In this document: positions 18,147 to 27,755 of the stretch, one piece after another
Layout: each line of letters begins with the position of its first letter
Numbering within the stretch: the first letter of the stretch is position 1
IMG/VR virus record: IMGVR_UViG_3300022745_000040
Coordinates: 1-57,341 of that record
Length of the DNA stretch: 57,341 nt
Strand: one strand, 5' to 3'
From: a virus
Taxonomy: Duplodnaviria > Caudoviricetes
Notes under the pieces: model-generated
The model's database searches: none
Told to the model about the DNA's origin: nothing
What the model saw: only the letters and a program-made list of their open reading frames with translations
Program-made: the position numbers and the translations under genes

Positions 18147-20087
18147 ATGTCTTTTGTAACACCGCTGCCCAGCATTAAAAATTATTTCAGCAATCCTAAG
18201 TTGGAAAACGGCCTAACTACTGAATGGTCACTCGGCACTATTGGCACTTTGACCAACGGTTTACCAACAGCTACTCCTACGTTCGGAAGCGGTGCTGCTG
18301 GAACGCTGGCTTTGTCTGCAGTATCGAGCGGTCAATTGTCTGGAAAATATTCTTTAAGCTTAGCAAGCTCTGCAGCTACGACTGCAGGTAATATGATGGC
18401 TTCTAGTGTTCTTAACTTGGATATTGAAGACCAAGCTAAGGTTTTAACATTCAGCTGTAGTTATAAATTGGTAACAGGTATTGCTGGCACTAACTGTAAC
18501 TTCTCGGGCACATCTGCCAATTCACTAGCTTATGCTGTGTGGGATGTAACGAATTCGGTTTGGCTTACATCTCAAGGCAATTTCAACTTCGTGCAAGCGA
18601 CTGGTGTCGGTCAGTGCGTGGGCACCTTCCAGACTGGGGCTTCAACTGCTCAAGTAAGAATTTGCGTTTATTTTCCTACCGCGACTAGTGCTGCTTTTGC
18701 TACTTATTTTGATTCTTTTGCTTGCAGTCCGCAGACAATTCAAAAAGGTTCTCAAATTTCGGACTGGATTGCGTACACTCCCACAGTGAGCGCGGGTTTT
18801 GGTACTGCAACAAACATAGCGTTTTTCTACCGTCGTGACGGCGATATGATGTCTGTACAAGGCACTTTTACCGTTGGTACTACAGCCGCATCACTGGCTA
18901 CCCTAACCTTACCTAGCGGATTATCGCTTGATAGTTCAAAAATTAGCATAAATAATACTTCATCTAATCCAGGGACAATGGTTGGATACTATGATAACTC
19001 TGAGGCGCTCGCTAATACTCAAGGAAATATTGTAACAGCGCCTGCAACCAGTACAACACTTGTTTATTTTGGAACAGGACAAACTACTGGAACTAGTTCA
19101 CTTACCCCTGCAAACGGTAACGTGGTCACTGCTTCGTCAGTAGTAATGTCTGTAAACTTTTCCGTGCCAATAGCTGGATGGTCGTCAAACTCTGTAATGA
19201 GTAGCGACACAGACACTAGAATTATTGATTTACAAGTAAACGACGCCTCCTCAATTACACCAACTGGCACAATCAGCACCACATTTGCCGGCTCTGGCAC
19301 AATCAATTTCAACAAAACTCCTGTTAAGGATTCTGCGGGCGCTTACTCTAGCGGTGTCTACACGGTACCAGTAGCCGGTGACTATGATTGTTCTGCATTT
19401 AGTGAAATTTCATGCACTGGAAATACTGGTTCTTTTGTAGCGATTGGATTTGCGGTTAATGGAGTTCAAAAAAGCGTTAATGCTGTAAAACAAGCAACAA
19501 ACCCAAATCTTTATCCGTATGGGCAAACATTACTGACTAATTTAAAAGCTGGGGATTTAATTACGGTTAGATTGTGGACAGATGTTACTTCTCCGGCATT
19601 TGCCGCATCGTCAGTGCATAATCTATCTATTAAAAGAGTATCTGGTCCTGCTGTAGTCACTGCTACAGAATCAGTCGGGTGCAAATACACTTCTAGCACC
19701 ACTACAGTCGGCACTACAGGTACTACTGTTACCATGCCAACAAAAGTTCAAGATACACACAATGCATACTCTACAAGTACAGGACTTTACACTGTGCCTG
19801 TAAGCGGAGCTTATGCTATTAACTTTAAAGTTCAAACTGCCGGTGAGACGGTAGCTACCAATACATGGGCTTTATATTTATCAATTACTAAAAATGGAAC
19901 TATTACTGACTCTACTTATGTAGTTGGAAGCGGCGGAGCAACAATCAACTATATAGGTTCAATTTATGCAGAAAATACCTTTTTAGCAGGTGAAACTATA
20001 GGTTTTAAAGCTTCTGTTGGAACAGCCGGAGCTTTAACGGGAACCGCACCAGAAAATTGTATAACGGTCAGAAGAATTGGAAACTAA
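18147..20087 (+). CDS. Tail fibre / receptor-binding protein with two C1q-like modules
   Basis: Two D...AY...G.YTVPV.G.Y motifs in a Thr/Ser-rich beta protein. Confidence 0.68.
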   Translation: MSFVTPLPSIKNYFSNPKLENGLTTEWSLGTIGTLTNGLPTATPTFGSGAAGTLALSAVSSGQLSGKYSLSLASSAATTAGNMMASSVLNLDIEDQAKVLTFSCSYKLVTGIAGTNCNFSGTSANSLAYAVWDVTNSVWLTSQGNFNFVQATGVGQCVGTFQTGASTAQVRICVYFPTATSAAFATYFDSFACSPQTIQKGSQISDWIAYTPTVSAGFGTATNIAFFYRRDGDMMSVQGTFTVGTTAASLATLTLPSGLSLDSSKISINNTSSNPGTMVGYYDNSEALANTQGNIVTAPATSTTLVYFGTGQTTGTSSLTPANGNVVTASSVVMSVNFSVPIAGWSSNSVMSSDTDTRIIDLQVNDASSITPTGTISTTFAGSGTINFNKTPVKDSAGAYSSGVYTVPVAGDYDCSAFSEISCTGNTGSFVAIGFAVNGVQKSVNAVKQATNPNLYPYGQTLLTNLKAGDLITVRLWTDVTSPAFAASSVHNLSIKRVSGPAVVTATESVGCKYTSSTTTVGTTGTTVTMPTKVQDTHNAYSTSTGLYTVPVSGAYAINFKVQTAGETVATNTWALYLSITKNGTITDSTYVVGSGGATINYIGSIYAENTFLAGETIGFKASVGTAGALTGTAPENCITVRRIGN

Positions 20088-20102
20088 TAAAGGAAAAATA
20101 AT

Positions 20103-20471
20103 ATGAGAATAGCACATTGCGATTTACTACAAGGTTCTGCAATTACTGCAGCAAATTTTACGTCCGAAGGCTACTACTTAGGCCACATTACCAATTACGC
20201 GGTGCAAGTCGTTTTTACAGGCTCACCAGTCGGCGTTCTTAAGGTGCAAGTATCTTGTGACGTTGGCAACCCTAACGCACCTTTTCCACACAGCGATGAC
20301 TCAGTGCAAAACTGGGTAGACTTGTCAGGCGCTACTGCAAACATTAGCGGTGCCGGAACAGTTTTAATGAATTTAGTAGACGCCGGTTATTCTTGGGCTA
20401 GGTTGGCCTACATTCACACTTCGGGTTCTGGGAGCATCACAGTAGCGCAGTTAAATTTAAAGGGGCTATAA
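20103..20471 (+). CDS. Small beta-sandwich virion protein (paralog family)
   Basis: NYAVQ..G...VQVS.D...W.D....AGY.W.R....SGSG pattern. Confidence 0.65.
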   Translation: MRIAHCDLLQGSAITAANFTSEGYYLGHITNYAVQVVFTGSPVGVLKVQVSCDVGNPNAPFPHSDDSVQNWVDLSGATANISGAGTVLMNLVDAGYSWARLAYIHTSGSGSITVAQLNLKGL

Positions 20472-20840
20472 GTGAGAGTAGGTTCTGATAGTCTTATATC
20501 AGCGCCCGTAGACTGGAGTACCGCATGGGTTTCTCCGGCTTTATCACTACGTCACGTTGTTAATTATAATATTCAGGTAGCTTGGAATGGAACGCTGGCT
20601 GGCATGCTTCACCTGCAGCTCAGCAATGACGCTGGCAATACCGACCAGTCCGGCACCATAGCATCTACAGCTTTAACCACATGGACAGATGTTACTGGTT
20701 CTGAGCAGCTAGTAGCAGGCGCCGGTGACCACAGCTGGCAAGTTCAAAACGCAGGTTACTTGTGGGTGCGCGTAGTCTGGTCTCCGACGTCTGGCAGCGG
20801 TAACTTAAACAGCGCTCGCTTTGCAACGAAAGGCTTTTAA
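20472..20840 (+). CDS. Small beta-sandwich virion protein (paralog family)
   Basis: Tandem paralog of 20103 (NYNIQ...LQLSND...WTD...AGYLWVR...SGSG...KG). Confidence 0.65.
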   Translation: MRVGSDSLISAPVDWSTAWVSPALSLRHVVNYNIQVAWNGTLAGMLHLQLSNDAGNTDQSGTIASTALTTWTDVTGSEQLVAGAGDHSWQVQNAGYLWVRVVWSPTSGSGNLNSARFATKGF

Positions 20841-21406
20841 TGTCTTCAACGTACATCGAACTACCACAGTCCGGCGGGTCTTCGGTAAGCGGTGTTACGT
20901 CGTTTAATGGGCGCGTCGGCACAGTAACGTCGCAGGCAGGAGATTACAGCAGCGTTCAAATTTCATATAGCAATTTAGCGTCTGGAATACCTGCTGCAAA
21001 TGTTCAGGTAGCTGTAGACTACTTGGCAAACAAAGTCGCGACTTCTGCAAGCCCTGGCTTTAGCTTTGGAAGGTCGGGCGCTATTGCAGCCGGCACGTTT
21101 TTGCAATGTGAGACCGTGCCTTCTAATGTGGCTGGCCGTTGGGTGTTTATAAATTCAGCGGTCGTAACGGCAGTTTTTGCTAGCAACGAATTGGTTGGGC
21201 CTTTTAATTTAGAATTTCTGTACCACGATGGCAACGCTATAAACTTGACTTCTTTAGGCACGGTGACCGTAGCCGCTGCAACATACGGCGGCGCCTATAG
21301 TGTGGCCTGGAACGTGCCTACTGGCAAGCAGCTGGCGGTGCGTGTAGCTTCTGGTAGCGCTAAAAACTTAATTTGCGGCCTTCAATTAACAGGGACTGGT
21401 ATATGA
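20840..21406 (+). CDS. Tail-appendage protein
   Basis: GVTSFNGRVGTVTSQAGDY motif also present in the 23750 protein. Confidence 0.6.
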   Translation: MSSTYIELPQSGGSSVSGVTSFNGRVGTVTSQAGDYSSVQISYSNLASGIPAANVQVAVDYLANKVATSASPGFSFGRSGAIAAGTFLQCETVPSNVAGRWVFINSAVVTAVFASNELVGPFNLEFLYHDGNAINLTSLGTVTVAAATYGGAYSVAWNVPTGKQLAVRVASGSAKNLICGLQLTGTGI

Positions 21407-21978
21407 GTAAAATTTTAATAAATTCTACTGCGTCTACAGTTTTTGTCAACGATACTGGCGTTTCTATAGCCGGACTAGGCTCGTACACCATACCTCCGCA
21501 GGACTACTTGCTGTGGGCGGCGTCTAGCGACGTTATTACTGCGGTTGGAGCAGCGACGCTAATTGTTAATGACGGGTCGGTTAATTTATCTATCTCAGAT
21601 GGTATAGATTTAATTAAAGGTTTATTTCCCGCAAAAATTCTAACTAATCAATCTGGTACTGAGATTTATGAATATAACGAGGTATCTGCAGTAGTTTCGG
21701 GAATAACAACTACAATTGTTACCAAAACCACATCAATTACAAAAAAATTAACAAAAGTATTGTATAGCGGCTCTAACGTGGCTATTTTTTCTATTTTAGT
21801 AAATGGGCAAATTATTGCAAGGCGCAGAACCATGTTTGGATGCGACTTGAGTGGAGAGGTAGATTTTGGTTCTGGATTAGAAATACCGTCAGGACAAACG
21901 ATAGAGCTTAAGGTACTGCATAGCCGACCATTTGTAGGGGACTTTGAGGGTTCTCTAATTTTTATTACAAATTATTAG
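21403..21978 (+). CDS. Putative virion protein
   Basis: ATGA overlap with the previous stop codon; beta-rich. Confidence 0.6.
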   Translation: MSKILINSTASTVFVNDTGVSIAGLGSYTIPPQDYLLWAASSDVITAVGAATLIVNDGSVNLSISDGIDLIKGLFPAKILTNQSGTEIYEYNEVSAVVSGITTTIVTKTTSITKKLTKVLYSGSNVAIFSILVNGQIIARRRTMFGCDLSGEVDFGSGLEIPSGQTIELKVLHSRPFVGDFEGSLIFITNY

Positions 21979-21986
21979 GAGTCAAA

Positions 21987-22163
21987 ATGAGTTTAGATAT
22001 AAAACGTAAAAAAGTAGAATTGGCGCAGGTACAAGCGGCCCGCATGGCTTTAGAGCTTAAAATCGACGAAAAAATGGAAGAGATTAAGCGTTTGGAAGAG
22101 CATGTAAAAACACAAGTAGAAAAAGAAACCCAGCTAGCGAAGGAGCTAGCGGAGAAACAATAA
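21987..22163 (+). CDS. Small coiled-coil protein (58 aa), absent from the ORF track
   Basis: MSLDIKRKKVELAQVQAARMALELKIDEKMEEIKRLEEH..., AGGAG RBS, fills the gap. Confidence 0.7.
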   Translation: MSLDIKRKKVELAQVQAARMALELKIDEKMEEIKRLEEHVKTQVEKETQLAKELAEKQ

Positions 22164-22174
22164 GGAGAAGATAA

Positions 22175-23146
22175 ATGTCAGATTTTAACAGTTCGCTACC
22201 AGTAAGAACAGAAAGTGCCGGAGACTTAGCAGTCAAGATTGTTGACGCAAGTATAACGTCCCAGCAGCTAGCTGTCAATGCCGATGGTAGTATTAATTCG
22301 GTAGTTTCGGCAACGAATTTAGATATTCGCGATTTATCGCATTCGCAAGATTCCATTAAGATTGGTGATGGTACGGACTTTTTAGCAATTAATGCTGACG
22401 GTTCGTTAAACATTGCAGACGGCGGCGGTTCTATTACTGTTGACGGTTCTGTGACTGTTTCTGCGACTAACTTAGACATTCGCGATTTGGCAGCGGCTAC
22501 AGACTCTGTTGCTGCGTGGATGAAAGACGGTTCAGGTAACGCTATTAGCTCTACTACTGGCGCTCTTGATGTTCATTTGACAAATTCAAGCATTGCGGTC
22601 ACTGGTCCGCTTACTGACGCTCAATTGAGGGCTTCAGATGTTAACGTACATTTAACAAATTCGTCTGTGACTGTTTCTGCTACTGCTTTGGACATTCGCG
22701 CAATTAGTGCTGCGTCTGACAGTATTGCAATTAAAAACGGTTCTAACCAAATGGCAGTTAATGCTGACGGTTCATTAAACGTTGTTGTTACTTCTAGCGT
22801 TGCAGGAACGCCTGTTTGTGATTACAATGACGCTGCGGCTGTTGCTGCTGGGTCTTCCTCTAACCACGACTACACTGTCACTGCAGGAAAACAGCTTAAG
22901 CTTACTGGTGTTTTGGCGTCTGCTTCAGGCAAATGCAAAATTGAAGTTAAAGTAGAGTCTGCAGCTGGTTCTGGAACTTTTAATACTAAGTTTGTAGCTT
23001 TCAACTCTACAGCTAATCCAAATATGCAAGTTTTTCCAACTGGCGATATTATGGTTCCTGCTGGAGCTAAAGTTCGCGTTGTTAAAACAAACAAAGACAA
23101 TCAGGCGCAAGATTTATACTCAACTATTGAAGGTTCTGAAGTCTAA
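22175..23146 (+). CDS. Repetitive virion fibre / decoration protein
   Basis: Three A[VI]NADGS[IL]N and three LDIR repeats; codon bias similar to the capsid gene. Confidence 0.65.
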   Translation: MSDFNSSLPVRTESAGDLAVKIVDASITSQQLAVNADGSINSVVSATNLDIRDLSHSQDSIKIGDGTDFLAINADGSLNIADGGGSITVDGSVTVSATNLDIRDLAAATDSVAAWMKDGSGNAISSTTGALDVHLTNSSIAVTGPLTDAQLRASDVNVHLTNSSVTVSATALDIRAISAASDSIAIKNGSNQMAVNADGSLNVVVTSSVAGTPVCDYNDAAAVAAGSSSNHDYTVTAGKQLKLTGVLASASGKCKIEVKVESAAGSGTFNTKFVAFNSTANPNMQVFPTGDIMVPAGAKVRVVKTNKDNQAQDLYSTIEGSEV

Positions 23147-23544
23147 TGGCTGATTTGACGGGTTTGGAAGCATCACAGTCTGTTAAAATTGCTGGCGCGG
23201 ATAGCGCTGGCAGTGAAACTAATTATGTAAATGCTACTGCACTCGGCGAGCTTAAGACTACGGACACTATAACGGGGGCAGGCGCTGAAGGAGCTTTGAC
23301 AGTGGGAACATCTGCTGTTGAAGCCAGAGTAGGCGCCTCGGCCCTAACAAACCGAAAACTACTGACCGTTTTCAACAATTCTGGTACTACCATTTATTGG
23401 GGTCGAACGTCGAGCGTTACTACAAGTACAGGAACGCCGATTTATGAAAAACAATTTTTTACTTTTGATTTTGCTTCCGATGCTCCTGTGTATTTAATTG
23501 CAGGAATAGCTGGAAATAATGTAAGAATAACGGAGTCTGTATGA
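23146..23544 (+). CDS. Putative virion protein
   Basis: Stop/start overlap; RK.L...NNS...IYWG motif. Confidence 0.6.
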   Translation: MADLTGLEASQSVKIAGADSAGSETNYVNATALGELKTTDTITGAGAEGALTVGTSAVEARVGASALTNRKLLTVFNNSGTTIYWGRTSSVTTSTGTPIYEKQFFTFDFASDAPVYLIAGIAGNNVRITESV

Positions 23545-23750
23545 GTGGAAAAATTCAAGCAACTCCCGTGGCTGTGACCGTGCCTTTTGACAATAGCACT
23601 AATGGGTTTACAGCTACGAACGTGCAGACCGCGATTGAGGAGGCTAAGGCTTCGGGCGGCGGTGGGTCTTACGATGAAGATAAAATTGCCGTGGACTATG
23701 AAGGCAATGTTGCAGTTAATTATGAATTTAATGTATCGAGGGTATACTAA
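23541..23750 (+). CDS. Small appendage protein
   Basis: ATNVQTAIEE motif typical of fibre segments. Confidence 0.55.
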   Translation: MSGKIQATPVAVTVPFDNSTNGFTATNVQTAIEEAKASGGGGSYDEDKIAVDYEGNVAVNYEFNVSRVY

Positions 23751-26308
23751 TGGCTCAAATGTGGTTTACAGGAACAGGCGCTCCTACTACGACTCCTTCA
23801 AAGCTTGGTCAAACTTACGTGGACAGCGCGTCTGGTAATGTTTATATTTCCAAAGGTACTGCTAGTAGCGCTGACTGGACATTAATGGCTACCGGAGCAT
23901 CTGGCGTATCTTCTTTTAATGGTCGTACTGGAGCAGTGACTCCGCAATCCGGCGATTATACTCCAACATTAGTAGGCGCTGACCCGGCTGGAGCAAGTGC
24001 CACTGTACAAAGTAACTTGAACGCGCACATTGCAGACACGGCAAATCCACACGCAACTACTAAGGCACAAGTTGGACTGCCTAACGTAGATAATACATCG
24101 GATTTAAATAAACCTATTTCCACAGCAACACAAACAGCACTCAATGCCAAAGTTACTGCAAATACAGTAATTACTGGTGCAACAAACACAAAAATTACTT
24201 ACGATTCAAAAGGTCTGGTCATTGCCGGAAGCGCTGCAAATTTAGATGATTTGGGCGACGTTATCATTACTACACCGGCTTTAGGCGACGTTGTTAAGTA
24301 TAATGGCTCAAACTGGGTAAACGGCTCAATTACCACGCAGACCAGCGCCGGTAGCGGAGTCGATTATTTTCTTACGGCGTCATTATCTGGAATAACTGGA
24401 TACGATTTAATGTCAAAGACGCCGGATAATGCTGCAGAAGTTGACGAGTCTATTATAATTACTTCAGCTTCTGGTCATACTTTATTTGAATCTTACATTG
24501 CCGATGTAGAACTTGGTGATGCAGTAATTGACGGCGGTATTTGGAATTTTAACGTTTACAACTATGTTTCTGCAGCTAGCGGTACAACTAACATGACAAT
24601 TCATGTTTATAAACGTACTACTGGTGGAACAGAAACGCAGCTTTTTCAGGTTGCCTTACCTACAATTGGCAATACATCAGTAGCACTTCAAACTTTAGCT
24701 ACCGTTCAACCATCATTTTCTTGTAATGCTACAGATAAACTTGTTTTCAAATTTTATGTAGATACTACTAGTGGGTCCAGCGTTACGGTGCATTTGGTGC
24801 ATTCTGGCACTGCACATTATACATACGTTAACACTCCACTTGTCACGCACCACAATGATTTGGCGGGTCTTCAAGGCGGTACTACTGCGCAATATTACCA
24901 TTTAACAAATACAGAATATACAGGCACTGGAACAGGCGCTTTTGTTCGAACTAATTCTCCTACTATCACAACACCTGTTGGCATAGTTAAGGGGGATGTT
25001 GGTTTAAATTTAGTAGATAACACTTCGGACCTAAGTAAGCCTATTTCTACTGCTACTCAGACCGCGTTAAATGCAAAAGAACCTACAATTACAGCAGGAA
25101 CTACTACCCAATACTGGCGCGGTGACAAAAGCTGGCAAACTCACGATAAGGCTTCAGTTGGTTTATCTAACGTTGACAATACTGCTGATGCGGCAAAAAC
25201 TATTGCTGGAGACGTTACTGGCACACTTAGCGCTTCAGTTTTGTCTAACACAACAGTAACCGCGGGTTCATATACAAGCGCTAATATTACAGTAGATTCT
25301 AAAGGTAGAATTACAGCAGCTAGCAATGGAACTGGGGGCGGAGGCGGAACAACGCCAGCTACAGTTCAAACTTGCACTAATTCTCAACTTGTAATGACTT
25401 CTGCAAGCAACACTCAATACTGTTTTATTGGGTCAACGCCGGGCCAAAGTATTAAATTACCAAATGCAACTACTCTTACCGCAGGAACGCAGTACAAATA
25501 CAGCAATAAATCAACCGTTTTAATTCCAATTTACTTAAACGGCGGAACATTGCTCGCCTATTTATTTCCTGAAACGGACATTGAGCTTTTAATCACTGAT
25601 ATTACTACAACAGATGGTACTTGGTACAAAGATAATGGAGTTTACATCACTCCTGAGAAAATAGTGTTATTTGATGATTTCATTTCAACAGGAACTACTT
25701 CCGGAACTATTGGCGAGCTACCATGGACACTCATCACAGCAACAGGACATACGCCTTCTTACGCCACATCAACAGTAAATGAGCGTGGAGTTTTTGTTTT
25801 AGGAACTGGAACTGCAATCGGAGCAGGTGGTGGTATTCATTTAGGACAGACCTCGAATGTCCTTGGGGGAGGAGTTCAGGTATTAAATTGGAGAATTAGA
25901 CCATTGACTCTTTCTACTACCGCGCAAGAATATGAGTTATATTTTGGACTACTTGGAACTGTAAACGTCACTGCAGAACCGACAAGCGGCCTTTACTTCT
26001 CATATCAACGATTAACGACTGGTGTAAACTGGCAATTTAAATCGGCGCAAACTACTAGAACAACCGTCAATACCGGAGTCGCTGTTGCAATCAATACTTG
26101 GTACAACTGCACACTAGTTGTAAATGCAGCAGGAACTCAAGTAGATGCCTATATTAACGGCACATTTGTTGGCACAAGTATTACTACAACGCTCCCAACT
26201 GTCCCAATGTCTCCTGCGTCTATAGCTTTTAAAACAGCCGGGGCTACTAATATCACATACCAAGCAGACTTTTGTTACTATCAAGTTAGTTTAAGTACGG
26301 TGAGATAA
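23750..26308 (+). CDS. Long tail fibre protein
   Basis: VGL.NVDNT[SA]D repeat three times, ITVDSKGRITAAS motif, lectin/LamG-like C-terminus. Confidence 0.78.
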   Translation: MAQMWFTGTGAPTTTPSKLGQTYVDSASGNVYISKGTASSADWTLMATGASGVSSFNGRTGAVTPQSGDYTPTLVGADPAGASATVQSNLNAHIADTANPHATTKAQVGLPNVDNTSDLNKPISTATQTALNAKVTANTVITGATNTKITYDSKGLVIAGSAANLDDLGDVIITTPALGDVVKYNGSNWVNGSITTQTSAGSGVDYFLTASLSGITGYDLMSKTPDNAAEVDESIIITSASGHTLFESYIADVELGDAVIDGGIWNFNVYNYVSAASGTTNMTIHVYKRTTGGTETQLFQVALPTIGNTSVALQTLATVQPSFSCNATDKLVFKFYVDTTSGSSVTVHLVHSGTAHYTYVNTPLVTHHNDLAGLQGGTTAQYYHLTNTEYTGTGTGAFVRTNSPTITTPVGIVKGDVGLNLVDNTSDLSKPISTATQTALNAKEPTITAGTTTQYWRGDKSWQTHDKASVGLSNVDNTADAAKTIAGDVTGTLSASVLSNTTVTAGSYTSANITVDSKGRITAASNGTGGGGGTTPATVQTCTNSQLVMTSASNTQYCFIGSTPGQSIKLPNATTLTAGTQYKYSNKSTVLIPIYLNGGTLLAYLFPETDIELLITDITTTDGTWYKDNGVYITPEKIVLFDDFISTGTTSGTIGELPWTLITATGHTPSYATSTVNERGVFVLGTGTAIGAGGGIHLGQTSNVLGGGVQVLNWRIRPLTLSTTAQEYELYFGLLGTVNVTAEPTSGLYFSYQRLTTGVNWQFKSAQTTRTTVNTGVAVAINTWYNCTLVVNAAGTQVDAYINGTFVGTSITTTLPTVPMSPASIAFKTAGATNITYQADFCYYQVSLSTVR

Positions 26309-26703
26309 TGAAATATCTTTTTGTTGGTGAAAACATAGAAATCGAGTTCTTAACTAAAGAAGAAGCTCTAGCCTATGCTGCAAATCATAAAGGTACAGTG
26401 CTAGCTGACTATGAAAAAGAAGAGCGCGTTCTTGCAAAAAAGAAGCGCGAGCATGGGCTTTATATATCAAATGAAATGATTGAGCTGTTGGGTGCCAGAA
26501 ACAAAGTGCTTGGTTTAACTGGTCAACAAGTTACAGCTATGCTTTCTCAGCTAGCCCCTGTCAAAGCACTACTTGAGACTGGCGCACTTGGTACTGCTAG
26601 AAGCTATATGGTCCAATTTAAAGCGGCTTTTCCAAATCATGCCGATATCTTTCAAGACGGGATAAGCGACGTTAACGACTTTGAAGCGGAGTGGGGGCTA
26701 TAG
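26308..26703 (+). CDS. Putative tail fibre assembly protein
   Basis: 131 aa directly after the fibre gene; call is positional. Confidence 0.45.
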   Translation: MKYLFVGENIEIEFLTKEEALAYAANHKGTVLADYEKEERVLAKKKREHGLYISNEMIELLGARNKVLGLTGQQVTAMLSQLAPVKALLETGALGTARSYMVQFKAAFPNHADIFQDGISDVNDFEAEWGL

Positions 26704-27242
26704 TGGCTGCTGGTTTACCTGCTAACAAGCACGTTTTAATACTGTTTTCAAAATCTAGAAGCCCGCTAGCACTTTTTAGCAAGGCCATCATGGCTATAGA
26801 AAAACGCGGTTTTAGTCATGCGGCTGTAGAACTTGCAGAGCCCGTTACTAGGGCGCCACTGGTATTTCAGGCGTCGCATAGCCTAGTAAACTTTTTCTAC
26901 AAACCAACGTTCTTGCAGCATAATGAGGTTGTAGAAGCTTGGCTAGTCGAAGTAACGCCGCTTGAGTATTTAAGTATATGGTCTTATGCAGTCCACAAAA
27001 TGGGCTCAGACTACGGCTGGCTTGAAATACTGTCAATATTTGTGGCCAAGCTGCTAAGGGCTCGGTCCTGGTTTTCAGACGGCGATAAGACTAATATTTG
27101 TAGCGAGCTGGCAGCCAGAGTCTGTAAAATAGCCGGGTTAATTGTGCCCGAACGCCTGGACGGCCTGACGCCTTCTGACCTTCAAACATTGCTGCTTAAG
27201 TGTGAAAATGGGTCTACTGTAAGGCGGGTAAAACATGTCTGA
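26703..27242 (+). CDS. Permuted papain-like NlpC/P60 amidase (YiiX/YebB-like)
   Basis: FSHAAV comes before ICSEL, with C-terminal LTPSDL, which is the permuted His-then-Cys order. Confidence 0.78.
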   Translation: MAAGLPANKHVLILFSKSRSPLALFSKAIMAIEKRGFSHAAVELAEPVTRAPLVFQASHSLVNFFYKPTFLQHNEVVEAWLVEVTPLEYLSIWSYAVHKMGSDYGWLEILSIFVAKLLRARSWFSDGDKTNICSELAARVCKIAGLIVPERLDGLTPSDLQTLLLKCENGSTVRRVKHV

Positions 27243-27474
27243 TTGGTTAAAGTCTTTGTTCAGCGCTAGCGGCGGCGTTTCTATGATGCGGTTATTGTCG
27301 TTTATATGCGTTTTAACGGCTTGTGGCATTGCGGCTAAGGTGACTGTGGCAGGCGGCGATTTGAACGCGGCTTCCATGCTTTGTAGCACGTTTTTAGGCT
27401 TTGGAATTGGCGGAAAAGTTTCACAAAAATTTGCCGAGAATAAGCTTGAGCAAGTAACGGAGGCCAAGCCATGA
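27235..27474 (+). CDS. Holin-like membrane protein
   Basis: 79 aa, S.MR motif and two hydrophobic helices. Confidence 0.55.
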   Translation: MSDWLKSLFSASGGVSMMRLLSFICVLTACGIAAKVTVAGGDLNAASMLCSTFLGFGIGGKVSQKFAENKLEQVTEAKP

Positions 27475-27755
27475 AGACCGCTGACTTCTTGCAGTATTTG
27501 TCGGACAAGCTTGATGCAATGGACCATAGACTTGACGATATGAGCCAGATTTTGGCAGTACAGCAAGAGCAGCTGAAGGAACACATGCGGCGTTCTGAAC
27601 TTAATGAAGAAGCGGTGGAACTGCTTAAAAGCGAGCTTAGACCGATACATGAGGACTGGTTGCGATTTCGTTTTCTAGGAAAAATTGCAGGCGCGGTTGT
27701 GGGTTTTGCGGCTTTTGGTTACTATGTTTTAAGAATTTTTAAGGGCGGTGCTTAG
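27471..27755 (+). CDS. Coiled-coil protein with C-terminal TM helix (lysis-associated?)
   Basis: Coiled coil followed by IAGAVVGFAAFGYYVL. Confidence 0.55.
   Translation: MKTADFLQYLSDKLDAMDHRLDDMSQILAVQQEQLKEHMRRSELNEEAVELLKSELRPIHEDWLRFRFLGKIAGAVVGFAAFGYYVLRIFKGGA

Noticed and set aside
16566-26308. Diversity-generating retroelement or invertible tail-fibre switch
   Set aside because: No reverse transcriptase or invertase, and no template/variable repeat pair differing at adenines was seen
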